Shown here piece after piece: positions 1-13,638 of a DNA stretch of 64,000 nt (positions are counted from its first letter, which is position 1; every line of letters starts with the position of its first letter). The stretch lies in contig JAQGDQ010000154.1 in NCBI GenBank assembly GCA_030141605.1, forward strand, positions 124,001-188,000, in the 5' to 3' direction. Both the position numbers and the translations under genes were made by a program. Source of the DNA: Tubiluchus corallicola (taxonomy: Eukaryota; Animalia; Priapulida). The notes beneath the pieces were generated by a model that had not been told where the DNA came from, did not search any database, and saw nothing but the letters and a program-made list of their open reading frames with translations.

Positions 1-1189
1 ATTGTCTGCTATTGTGCAAAAATGTGTGACATCTAAATTAACAATGATCATGGCACAGCGACGTCAGAGCAGGTGCTTGCCCTATTCAGATGTGTGTCAA
101 ACATGTCAGCTTCATGCTGCATTAGGCAACCAGAGTATTCATTAGGGTAGGTTCTCACTAATAATTTTGCTCGGCGTTACTTAAAGTGCTGCAAAACTGA
201 CAAAAAACATTGAATGCTCAAGCATGTCATTTTTTTGAATATTCTGCAAGAACTTGACATAGTTACCATCTTAGACAGTAGGAGGCTCTCTCACCCCTGG
301 TACATAATGCAACAACTCAACAGCATTGTCAATCGCCATGACAGTTATGTAGCAGTGGATGAACACCGCTTTTGTTATCAGTTAATAGTTTAGCGGCCAG
401 TTTTCATATAAAATCCATAATTGAGAGTCAAATGCAAGTCCTCATAAACAAAAATCTAAATGGCCGTTACATTGCTATTCATAATGTTTTTCATGCTGTG
501 CTGTTACTTGTACAACCAACTGTGAAGGTCTAACTTTTGGAATTTGCTCGTAAAGTAAGTCATGTGGCTATGCGTTTGTATATAAGATTTGTTGGTGCCG
601 TATATCCTAGTGTTACTACAAGCAAAATATCGTCTGATGGTTAATTTTGATTTTGTATCAATTCACTAACCCTGCAGGCATGTTTTATGATGATTTTGGC
701 ATTGTGTTCAGGACTGTTAAATCTTAAATTCACTGGTTTAGCTGCTTAAAAACCTGTATTCTAGTGTTCACTAGTTGCTCCTTGCTTTTACATTTATATT
801 TTTGGTCGCAATGGGGTGTCTGTCAGTATCATGTTAGTCTAAATTAAGCATCAGTTTATCAGCTACAGTACTGCATTTAGTTGCTAGTATGATATGGCAC
901 GTCACACTGCAAACATTAAATCTTTTATGATAGGTAGATCTGACTTTGACAGGTTAATTAAGCATGCAGTACTTTGCAATGTAAAGATGTAACATGTCAT
1001 GAATATTTGATAAGATATGTGAACTCTTTACCAATTCCATAATATATATTCATACAAAGTGCACTATTGGCATGTAAATGTACTTCTGTTTACACAGGCA
1101 TCACTGGTAACTTGTTCTGCTAAAGGTTATATCCTAGAGGCAGATGCAGTTAAATGCAATGTTTAAAATTTTAATGTTCCGTGTTTCAG

Positions 1190-1300
1190 GTCTTCCAGGG
1201 TTATGCAAAGCAAATTTGATTTTGAGTGCTAAGTACTTGTAATAGAAACTGAAGGGTGTGGTGTTGCAAAAATGTCCATTAGTTGGAGGAAACGCTGTAG
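1190..1300 (+). other. HLCS: Probable HLCS 5' UTR exon
   Basis: Acceptor gtgtttcag at 1181-1189 and donor AG|GTAAGG at 1301; the next exon (4216) has an acceptor upstream of the ATG, so an upstream non-coding exon is expected. Confidence 0.45.
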
Positions 1301-2899
1301 GTAAGGGTTCATATATTATTGCTGAATTATTTTAACATTTCAATGAAAAAACTGGTTAGGCAGTTTTGCTACATTTTGAAGTTATTGAATATCACTTAAA
1401 ATTCACAGAATTGCTTTTGTTTAATTATAGCATTTGCTTTTTAATTTTATTTATCAATACCTTCTTTTGCATGTGTTTTTGTGTTGATGTGTTGAGGTCT
1501 ATAGCCATTGCAATTAGTATAATGTCCGGTTGAGAATTTTTCTAATATAACTTCATTTCACTGGTGAATGTTTCACAAATGCTTGTATTTGTGTTTGCAT
1601 ACAAGCCTATCCTGTCTGTAAAGTATAACTTGTCGTCGCTTGTTAGGAAGAGGCTAAAATTAGTGCAGTTTACAATAAGTTGAAGATCACGTGTTTTAAA
1701 TTATTACCAGGCAACTTTTTTTTACGTTATGTTATAGTGTTTAAACAAGTTATTAGTAATGAAAACAAATTATATTTTAAATGAAGACCAAAAATGTTAG
1801 TCATGGAGAGAGTCTGGTCTTAATATTTAAAACAAAATCGGGAACATGTCAAGGCATTATGCCATTTTGTTTAATGTTTTGCTGAATTAAAATATTTTGC
1901 TGAGAGGTTCGGAGAACAAGAATAGCCAAGTAATCACAGTGTGTGTTTGCTGACCGAAGTTAAGCAATGCAGAGACTGATCAGTGAATGGATAGGTGATC
2001 ACTAGGATCAATATTTGTATTAGGTGGTGTGACTATTTATAACATTGAGGGATGATGTGTTCACATTGTAAACATGGCTGACGCATCTTGGCTGGTTTAG
2101 CATTTCACACTAGGCCATCACTAAAAATACTTCTATTTCCGTCTAATCGCCCGGGTAATATTTTTTTTATCGTACACCCTGCGGGAATTTTATCATTTTT
2201 TTGTATGTTCATATACTTATCTGGTGCAATCATATAAAAGTCTACTTTTTTAATTTAAAAGGTAAAAAGGTAATAATTATTATAATATCACTGTTTCAGC
2301 GAGAGCGCAGCCATATTTGTTTAGGGCTTACTCTTTTTCAGCGTTGCCATTTTGTATGATGCTGATTACTGTATTGGAAGCTAAAAATCATTGTTTTTTC
2401 TACCAAATCAGCGTATCAACGGTTAAGTAGTGGTACTGCTTATACTATAATCATCAGAACATACGTTCAGACCATACAAAAAAGAGACTATATGATAATC
2501 GATAATTATACGATAATTTAGTAGTGTGAAACAAAAAATTAAAAAACAAAACGTGAAGAATGTGCATTGAAAATGAAAATCTAACCAGGGGGAAATAAAT
2601 AAACTTTGATTTCAACTGAATTTAATATAATAATAATAATTTATTTTGAAAAAAATTTCTTCTCTCCCTACTGTCACCTTTGAGTTCGTGAGGTAAGACT
2701 GAAACAATTTTTTTGTCTCCGGCCTTAAACTGATTAGTTAGATACCTGTTCTGCCACATGCACGTGCATTGAATAGACCTTGCCAGCAAGTACTGGATTT
2801 CAGCCTGCACTGTGTTGAATTCTACCCAAGGAATTATAACATTTGATTTTAATCAAAAATAAATATTTAATAAATTGTTTCTAACTTAATAACATTTAA

Positions 2900-3045
2900 C
2901 TTCAATTCAATTCAATTCAAAGGTTCAATTCTAGGGTTTTATTCGTCTCTAATATAATATTTATAGCGCAAATACAACAAATTGTGTAAAGTATGTAGAG
3001 ATGGGGTGGGGAAAGACCAGGAGGTCATCGAGTCAGCCACCCCTA
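2900..3045 (-). mobile_element. Same (TTGAA)n-tailed retroelement end, inverted
   Basis: (ttcaa)4 followed by gaaagacc.ggaggtca..gagtcagccacccc. Confidence 0.5.
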
Positions 3046-4245
3046 TATAACTTAGAAACATTATGCACGGCAGGCTACATGGTTAAGTGAATAAATACAT
3101 GGTTAGGTCTTAAGTGTAGCAAATAAACAAAATGCAAGGCAGTTATATTATAGTTATACCAATGGAAAAAAAGCAAGTAAATAATGCAATTAAAAATTAA
3201 AACAACAACTGAACAAGTCATGAATGCAACAACAAAAAAGCAGGCAATCTGGTTAAATCATAAATGCAGTGAGTGAACTAAAATGCAGCAAATGAACGAA
3301 AAACTTGAAACTTGACAACTACAGTGTTAAATTCAGTATACCTTGTATGCAGAACACTGTATATGCATGAGTGTATTTGTGTGATTACTGTGTTTATTAT
3401 TCTTTATATTGACGGGTTATTGTTGTGTGGAAAGAGTGCTGTGGGAAAGCAAGATTTCACGGTAGGATGGCTCTGGCTGGGATTGCTTTATGCATTTTAT
3501 TAAATAAGTTGTTTCTAGAGTTTGACACTTTGGGTTAACGTGCAATCATTGTGCTATTGTGTGAATGTTGTGCTTTTGTTAAGAGAAATTATTATATAAT
3601 TTTGTTGTGGTAAGTGATTTCGGATTGTGATGTCTTGCTGCTGCTGTCAGACGGTAGGGAATTAATAGGATTTTACTTGCTCTTAAACATAATGGAAAGC
3701 CAGCAGGTTATCCTTGTGAGTTGAGTGGTTGAGTCTGGTAGGTCCGTGCAGTATGTTGTTATATAATAGCAAAGCACAAAACTGTGAGTTTCATGTCTTT
3801 GTTTTATTTAGAGCACTCTATTAATATAATTGCTGGTAAAACTCTGAGTGTGTGTATATCTTATATTTCATTAGCTGTGTTATTGCCTGTGCATAGCCTT
3901 ATTACTTCACAGAGAATTAATGAGAAATTTGTGGATGATTTGACGTGTTAACAATTATTTGTAATTTTTCTTAGTCAAATAACTCGTTTATATTAAATTA
4001 TTTTTCATATGTTTTTGCAGTTTCTGTGTTGCAATTTCAAAGATAATTGCATAACTATTTTCTGTTTTTATCCAAGACTGACTCAAGCAGTCGATAAATT
4101 AACATTTCTTTATACATACCGTCTTTAGCTACTGCAATAAAGTATGAGTGTTTTGTATATTTGCCTTATTTTTCTAATGAATGTGAATGTATAAAATGTC
4201 TCCTCTGCTTTTCAGGTAAATTCGATCCTAACTGAGCACAAGAAG

Positions 4246-4367
4246 ATGCTGATCACGATATCCTACCTGCTCTTGTATTTTATCACCGAGCGAGCAAAGC
4301 GACTGCGAAGAATGAAACTTCTGGCAGCTTTGTCATGCAGATTGAAAACTGCTAGTGTTGTTCTCAG
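4246..4367 (+). CDS. HLCS: HLCS coding exon 1 (exon starts 4216; [40 protein letters not shown])
   Basis: ttttcag acceptor ending 4215, ATG 4246, donor GTAATG 4368, phase 2; similar to the MLITLCYLYL start of the long vertebrate HLCS isoform. Confidence 0.8.
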
Positions 4368-7300
4368 GTAATGACGGTGACTTCACTGCGTGATGATGAT
4401 GATGTAGCTGAAGCCGTCATGATCTATCATTCATGAAAGTCTTTGTTGGCTTCCTGTTGTTTCAACATTGAATGCGCAGCAGTTAGAAAAACCTGGAGCA
4501 CTTGTCGTTATACCTCTGCATCTCTATTTCACGATTGTTGAACTGCTTTTTCTTATGAAAGAGTAGACGTGAAAAAGTTTAAGAATTAAAATATCAGGAT
4601 TTACCAGACATTATGCATGTCTTCCATTAATCATTCTTACTGTGAAAAGTAACACTGCATTGTCAAGCAGCTTTGAGACGGAATTAAATGATTGTCAGTC
4701 ATAGCAATGTTTCTTAGTGTGTTGCAAAATTAGGTGATCAAATCCAAAGCTACATTCATACTGAAATTGCAAGTTAATTTGCCAAACCACGTTGTCGAAA
4801 GAATCTTGTTTTCTTATGTTTACATTTTCTAATTCTTTCACCAGTTGAAACAGGTTAAGTTCAGGTGACTATAAAATCAGCAGGTGATGAGAGTTCTGGA
4901 AGGTGAACAATTGATTCCTTTTCTGCCCATTTTGATACTTGCTTTCAGTAATTTCTGTTCTTGGTATGCCTTATGCATTAGTAATGAATATAACACAATT
5001 AGTCCATGTTATACGAGACAAATTTGTTATTTTGATAATTTTTCATCATCACTGTACAGTTGTGGTTAATCTTGTTAATCTCACATTATCCATTTTCTGT
5101 TATGTTAAAAATCTTAAGTTACTTTTATTTTGTTTGCATCGCATATTCACAGTATTTTAGAATTCTAAATTTTTGGTTATTTAAATTATAATGTTCTACA
5201 ATATTGCATTTTCCATCAGTTAATTGCCAATTACACACATCAACAGAATTCAAATTTAAATTGAAAGCGGTGCCAAAATTAATTTTACTTAATCGTTGCT
5301 ATTTAAGGGTGGCTGACTAGATAACCTACGTGTTCTTCGCTGCCATTCTCCTTTGTTACGTAATATTGCATGTATTCCTAATACTGTAGTTTGTTAATTC
5401 TTGAGGGATTAATAAATGAATTGAATTGAATTGTTTTGCAGGCATACTGGACGGTTGCCCATCTCGTCACCATTGTACCGAGTTTCACCATTCTGTTCGA
5501 GGAGCAATGACCCACTAAAGTATGATACTCTGTTAGACGCTGGCTTGAAAAAAGTTCTGTCTGTTTGTCCAAAGGTGAGGCTGTAGACTACCTTGATGAA
5601 GTTATTTTAATAGTTTAAAAGCTGTTTATCACTAACCAACGATATTTTTCACCATAAATAAAGTTTAAAGTTTAAAGTCATATTAGGCAGTTACTGGCGC
5701 ATTACGTCTTTCTGCTGTAATAGTATCAGAATTCCTACTAATATAAAAAATACAAACACACATTTTGAATCCTTGAGAGCCAATAGAGTGGAGTCGTCAC
5801 ACATTTAGTGCAAAATAATAAAAAAATGAATACATACAGGAAGAGTTGCTGATCAGTGCATGTATATTGCTATGAACTCCTTCACAACTGCAAGTGTTTG
5901 CTGTGTTTTACATGGTTTAATGAAAAATTAAATCTCACTAAGCAGTGATTACATTATATTTGTTAATTTTTGTAGGTTTCTATTCCTCACACAATGAACT
6001 TTCATACAAAATCATACATGAAATGCATTTGCTTACCTTGGACAAATTAAAAATTGATTTTTGACAAATAAACTGGAAAAACTTTTTAGTAACTGCAGTG
6101 TTTGGACTGTAACAATGTACAGTATCGCTTGTGTGAAATCAGCTAATGCAGAAAATTTCAACTATCCAGACACAACACTCTGATATACTCTGGCCTCAGT
6201 CTACTCTATTTTTAAGAGGAAATTCCTGCTATAAAATGAAACGAGCTTAATTTGTCCTTGGTTGATCGATTGGTTTTCCTGAAATAGCAGCAAAACACAG
6301 CACAGCAAACACAGACGCTCAATAAATTAGTGTGTAGGATCATTCAAGTATGCTCCAGACTAAGCTAGTCAATAGGCCAAGTTGCAGTGTATGGAGAGGG
6401 CGTGTTTTTCTTAATTTTATCCAACTAAATCACTCATAAATGTTTAAATAAATAGCATGATTGGATATCAGATATTCTCCTGAAGAGAACAGTACCTAAT
6501 TTGTAATTATTTAGTTATGCCTGTGCTCATACAGTAACAGAAAAGGCATAGGTCTTATCAGATCTATTTTGAGTGGTGTGGTCCTAGGTTTCTACTCCTC
6601 ACACAATGGACTTATATGCAAAATTATATATGAAATGCATTTGCTTACCGTAAATCTATATTAAAAATCGATTTTTGACAGATAAATTGGAAAAAGTTTT
6701 CAGTAATTTCAGTATTTGTCCAGTAATTCTTAATTTTATCCATTTAAATGACTTATGAATGTTTAATTGCATGGTCGAATGGCCGAGATTCTCCTGAATA
6801 GAACAGTACCTAATTTGTAGTTATTTAGTTTTCTGTGCTCATACAATAGTAGAAAAGTCATAGGTCTTATAAGACCTATTTTGAATGGAGTGGTCCTGAA
6901 GGAGTTAAACTCACATTAGTTATATTTATTTCATTCATAGTTACAAGTTGGCATGAACAACTGGACTCTATTTGTCAATAAGGAATTGCCAATCTCAACA
7001 CCTATATCAAACGAGCAACACTTTGTACTGGTTGAGGCCAAAAGGTTTTCGAATGCAGTGGAAAAAGAGATCCTTAATGCAGATTCTACGAGTGTCATTC
7101 GAGTAAGTTTCTTTTGTTACTTTTTATTGCATTAGTTGGCTAATTTAGTGCAAGAATTGTGCAAGAGTGTAAGTATGTTAGGGTTTGAAGCAAGAACACA
7201 TCTAGGTTTTGGAAATTTGATCATCAATTGCAATAGCGGCGATCTTCAATTCGATACGTGATTATAGCTTCTTATACAATTATAAAAAAGCTTTGACTTT

Positions 7301-10300
7301 TTGCAGAACTGAACGCTTTTAAGCTAGCCTTGTGTCCAGTAGGATTTAGCAATTTTCCTAAAGTCCAGGGCTATTCCTAAAATTTTAGGAGCCGCAACTC
7401 TGGCTCCTGGCTTTAAATAATAGTTTGTAGTACTGTCAGTATTTAGTTATAGTGGTATTTCGCCACTACCAAGTGAATCATCACGCTACTTCTTATGCTC
7501 AAGCTCTCTTTTGTGTCTTAATGTTATGCTACTGTGGTATTTATTAGGTAAAAGTATAGTATTAGGTATAATTGTTTTAAAGGTAACTGGAGTCAGAGTT
7601 TGTCTATTTTTACCGACTCCAACATCGACTCCTCGAGTTCCGACTGCGACTCAAAAACCCTAATTTTTAACAGCTCCGACTCTGATTCCTTTGGCAATAA
7701 ATTTACTGCCAGCTCCGACTCCAACTTTGCAGCCCTGCTCTAAACTCTAATGCACTGTATCAGTATATGCAGACAAATAAGTGAACATCACTTACTGTAG
7801 ATTTGGTAGGAAATTGAGCTTGAAAGTATAACTTCTAACCTCGCTTATTGTTGTTATTGTTCTTGGATTAAATTTAGTCGATTATTGGTGCAGTTTTATA
7901 TGCAGTTATCGAAATTGATGGCGCCTCTAGCCTGGAAGTCTGGAACACCTTATGGTTTGATAATGGAAGCTGGAGATGCAGAATTTCTGACAGCTGCCGA
8001 AGCTTTTATTGATGGCACACTTAGACTTGAAGAGGGACTTCATATAGAACAGATAATGTGTAATCATTTTTAAGTGATTTTAGTAGTAAAATTCTGTATT
8101 TTGTTGCATAGGTAAAACTATTTACCATTTTTTTATAAAGGCTATATATAGCACATTTGTATGTGCAATAGTAGTGTACAATAAGAAGATCTTCAGGTTC
8201 TGTAATTAGATGAAGTTAATGAGATATTCTTAAGTTATGTGTGGGTAATAAACAAGCCACTGAAAAGTGTTTGTGGTTTTGACGTTAAGAAACTTTTAAC
8301 CTTGTTCGTGCTATCCCAAAATTGAAATAAGTCCATGCAGTACAATGTGCATTTATGTTCGTAAAAAATAGATACGTTAGTCATAACGCTTATCTTCGTA
8401 GGAAACTTGTGCCTATTAAGTGATAATTACTTTCTATAAATTAGTTTTTCTTGGTCTTGTGTAAATTGTGTCGTTCCTGCAACTTTTTTTGCACTTTCTT
8501 AATGGATTTTTTCAGCTGTGACTCTGTCCGGAGAGCCAAAACAACTTCTGGATATTTCATTGACACCATTGTCACCTGTCATACATCGATTAGCTTCAGA
8601 TGATCAAGTTTTCGATTGGGAGTTCGTACCAATGAGTCACACAACTGAACATCATAGTGGTACCCACGAGAGGAGCTTCTCTTCTTCGGTAGATGTGGAC
8701 ATTGGTGCATTTGCTTTAGATGATGAAAATTATTCCAGTAACACTGTGATGACGGCACGCGATACAGAATGCGTGGAAAAAACATCAGTTGATCTAAGTC
8801 TGCCCAACGATGAAGAAAAGAACTGTTCCGTACTTGAAACGGACTCCCCAGTGCCTTGTCTCGGTCAAAAATTTCATACTGAGATAGCCGTTACTCATTC
8901 TGAATCACCAAGTACTCAACGTAATGTGAGCTCAGATAACGTCCTTGCTAGTTCCATATATTTTATCAATTCCGAAATGGACATGCAGAATCGATTGACA
9001 TCGGATTCAGACTTTTCGCAGTCTAGCTGCATGGGGGCAAGCGAGTCGAGTGAAGCCAGATTTCAAGTGGGTTCTTCTGCACAATCACAGCAAAGCATTA
9101 CAGAACAGGAGTCAACAAATTTGAAGAATGAAAGTTTTAATGAAGCTCACGAAACCAAGAATTCTCACACGTTTGTGCATGATAAGACTCCCGATCAGAT
9201 TGAGAACGATCTGTTTTTTGACTCTATTAATCAGTTTGATGACGGTGAAACGTATGCAGATTTTGCAGCCGGTCCTAATGAAAAGAGTGTTGATAAGTTA
9301 ACACTAATCAATGAATTAGTTCTCAGCGAAACTGCTGATCAATATAATGACAAGAGTGATGGAAGAGGTCTCATCAGTTTGAATCAAGATCTTCTTACAA
9401 CTAAAAACCCTGATCAAGAAGTCAATATTAGCAAAAGTTCGAACATTGAGCCTCCTCTTGCTCCTCCCAGAAGGAAAGCCCGACATAAAAGCGAAGACAC
9501 CGTTCAAAGCACTCCGTCGAGCCTTCCTGTTGATGGTGACACAGTCTGTGGTTCAATTCCGGACATTTCTGATTCCGACAGCGGTTTCAGAGACTTATCG
9601 ACATTGTCTGATTTCAGTGGTGGACAGTACGAAGCAGGTGAACAATTAGCTGAAAAACCTGAATTCACTTACGTTAACAATGAAGATGGAGATGATAAGG
9701 TAAACGAAACTCCAATTTTGAAATTGTCTGAGTCATTTAAGAAAGCAAACATTGTTTCTCAAGATGTTCAACAAGGCAATCATGATGCTAACTCGCGTGG
9801 TTTATCGGATGGTAACAGTTACAGGCAGTCAAAGCCACCCAATGTTCTCGTTTATACCGGAGAAGATGAAAGTGGTGCCGAGCGTTACAAAAATGTTTTG
9901 AAAACAATCTCTCATTGCTTAAATCGTGATTGCTATAGTATATATAAACTGTCAGCAGATCAAGTTCAAACTACACCTTGGTATGAAAACACTGCCGCTT
10001 TGCTTATTTCCTGTGATCACATACGGCCTGATATTGAGAACAAGTTTCTGAAATTCTTTGAAAATGGAGGACGCGTCGTGAGCTTTTGCTCTCCAATCGA
10101 CAAGAAAATCCTCATCGTTCATCCGCTCAAGAGGGCAAAAAATCTGAAAAAGAGGAAAGTGGCTAAGATTTTGTATGATTCGTGTGAACTGACCCTTATG
10201 TCGCAGGGAAGATGGTATCAACCAGCGGATGTGCTCCTGCCTTCTCTAAAGGTTGAGAGCATTATGTATGACAAGGAGCGTCGTACTGTAGTTGTAAAAG

Positions 10301-11790
10301 TGGAGAATGAGGCTTGTGATGGTTGTGCACTTTTGTGCCAGGTATGCTTAATTTTTTTCTTGTCACTTAACTGTGTTACTATGGCAACAAAGTGTCTGTT
10401 CATGTGAGGTCTTTATGTTAAAAACCAATTATCAACCATAAATAAACTTTTGTGGTTCTTTGAAGCGAAGTGAATTGTTTTTATACATTTTTGTGTAGCA
10501 AGCCAGAACACAGCATTCAATGGCAGGACCTATTCATTGTAAGTATTTGTGGCAGGACTGGGATTTGGGTCATTACCAAGGCTATGTCTCTAAAGTGAGG
10601 CACTGAACCAACCAGGGAGCCCTTAGCTAAGTTCAGGCATAAATAATATTCATTGAATACGTCCTGCCTTTATGAGTTGAACAGACCTGAATCAGTAGGG
10701 CGACTTGAAGCAATTACTGAATCCAATGATCCCTCAACTGACCAGCCGCAGTGCCGTTCTGTTCCTCTAGCTTTATGTGTTCATTTTGATTTTGAAATTA
10801 GACAAATGAAATGTAAAATGAAAATATTTGCAGGTACGTTTGCTGCATGATTTACGTTACGTGTACAAATTATGTGGTAAATTAAATGTTTTTGAACTCC
10901 CTTGCTTGCTTGTTATTGCTTTTTTGTACATATTCTGGGCAGATTGTTTACACCAAAGGTATCATTAGTATATTTTGCACTCTGTTATGTGCCTATAAAA
11001 CATTACATTGATTTTGAGATACCTCTGCTGTTTGATGAATCTGTCTTACTATCCAATAAAGATATTTTGTGACAAAGTTAGCTGAGTTTTTGATTCCATC
11101 AGAGATTTATTTTGTATTTTTGCTGTAGGTACGCTTGGATTTGGAACCTTCAGATGAGTCGATGGACGAAGAAAGCTTTTCTAGTCTTAAGCAGTCAAAT
11201 AAAGACCGGCTGGAGACACTGCGTGCACTGTTGTCTACTAGCATGAGCTTAAACTGTGATCAGAGTCAGCTGCCTGAACTTGCTCCTGCCTTTCTGTACA
11301 CAAGTACAGATGTATGTCTTATCAATTACACGTTTAGTTGCGCAATGTTTCTTGTGTATTATATATCATTAAAGAAAACTGAAGTGCTTTGTCTGTGGTA
11401 AAGTTGTAACGTTGTCCATAATTTGGCCAGCAAACTTGCTTCTTTAATTAAATGCAGCAGATTGTTTTATGGTTCTTGGTTTATCTCAAAAAAGTCTGAT
11501 TTGGGTAAGAACTACTGCACTGATTTCCAGATATAGCAACGAATACATGCCTATAAGTTATATGCAAAACTCAGTATAATTATGGGGCCCCGAATGCAAT
11601 ATTTTTGGCCGCAGTCTATATTCAATTCAATTCAATTTTATTTTCTCAATAGCAGTTAAAATTCGACATAATTATTTTTACATTTCAATGCAACTGAGAA
11701 GGAGCAGCGAAAGACCTATTGGTCACTTTGTCAGCTGCCCCTTATTAAAAATACAAGTTTACTTACAGGCTCATGACATTTTTAGATGTT

Positions 11791-11841
<51 letters not shown>

Positions 11842-13539
11842 TATCTATAAATGTATATATACATTCAAATACATATATAAATATTATAGTATTAAAAATG
11901 GATTTGGTATTAAATTAAGTACTAAGTAGCAGAAATGTATATTTAATCTAGTCAAATTTTTAAAGGGCGGAAAAAATAGTAAGCGAGAAATTTTTCAGAA
12001 TTGAATACGAGGTTACATTGTGAATAATAATAATAGCTATAAGTTTAAGTAAGGTGTAATTGTCATATTTTGGATGAATTAATGATTGTTTTTTTCTAGG
12101 TGTTAGCTGCAAGTTTATTGTCAAATTTGGGCAGCACAGCGAGAGAATGTTTCTTAACGGCAAAATCAGTGTCATTGCGATTCTTATCCACGCTACCTGA
12201 TGACCCAGTTCAGGAAGATCTCTTACCTGTCGTGTTTGGCCGTGTTGCTGAGGAGCAGAAAAACTTTGACAGGCACGAATACTTCAGTAATCTGAAAACT
12301 GAAGTATTGGGAAATACTGTGATGTACTGTGATGTGGTACCTACAACCATGAACTTGTTTGACAGGTGAGTAAACTGCATCGGTTTTTTTACAGCGTTTG
12401 ACAGTTTCTTGCTCAAATTAAAGATTTGTAGCTAAAAATGTTGAATATAGAAGCCAGAAAAAGTTTTAAAATGATCACAATGTTGTGTTTGTTTAATTGA
12501 ATGTTTGTTGAAACTTGGACTGTATTTTAACCGTGTATTCAACATGTGTAATAATGTTTTTTGACTGAAAGTCATTTTAGTAAAATATGTACTGTAAGTA
12601 TCCCTTAATGGCTCACTAAAATCTCTGTTTTTCCAATAATTGTTGCTTCTCGACAGACAGCCCTTTGCAAACATCATTTTCTAAAAGTGGAATGAGGTTT
12701 TTTTGTTTCAATTGTTGAATTTTATTTGAAAAGCAAATGTTCGCTGCTTAGGAAACCTATAAGCTTATCGTGTGGAATATTGTAGTATACGTCTGAATGA
12801 GAAGCAGGTTTTTAGTTAATGTAAACTTCACCCATGTCCACGGTGCAGAGCGGAATAATGATATTCCCAAGCAGAAACTTTTGTTTGCTGTGTTAATCAC
12901 TTCCCTTCCTTTTGTCTCTCTTTTTTGGTGATTGACAATTTGTGGGGGGAGTATTGATGTTGCTCCCAACCACATTGGTAGAACAAATGTCATTAATAGG
13001 GTCTTGGACGAAAATTGTTGCAGTTTTATCAGCAACATTGTTTTATTGTTTTAGGGGATGAACCCAAAGTCAATCACCTAAAGTTTCCACAAATAGTGTT
13101 TTATAAAAAAATTGAAAATAATTAATTATGTAGCTCATGAATACTTTCTTTGTTTCTTACAGATTAATGTTTATTGTACCCGAGGAAGTTGGTTTAATTG
13201 CTGTTGCTAGGCAACAGACTAGTGGCAAAGGTATTTTCTTTAACCTTTTTATTCCCTATCTATTGTCATTTCATTTCTATTTGTTGACTACATAACAAAG
13301 TTTTTTTAACCCTTTCACCACGTAGTTGCTTTTTAACTGGGCTACATTGACTTTTGCACATTTGACGATAACTTTTTGTGGTGTGTTACTAAAACAGAAT
13401 CTTGTAAATAAACAAATATTTTTTCATTATTGAGTACTAATATTAAATATTAGTTTTATTTCTACACATGCACTCACTTACGTATACATGCACACACACG
13501 CACACGCACACACACACACACTCACACACACACTCACCA

Positions 13540-13638
<99 letters not shown>

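Noticed and set aside
4845-4920. Possible extra HLCS exon after the tttcaccag acceptor
   Set aside because: Immediate TGA in the required phase, and the model is already in frame without it.
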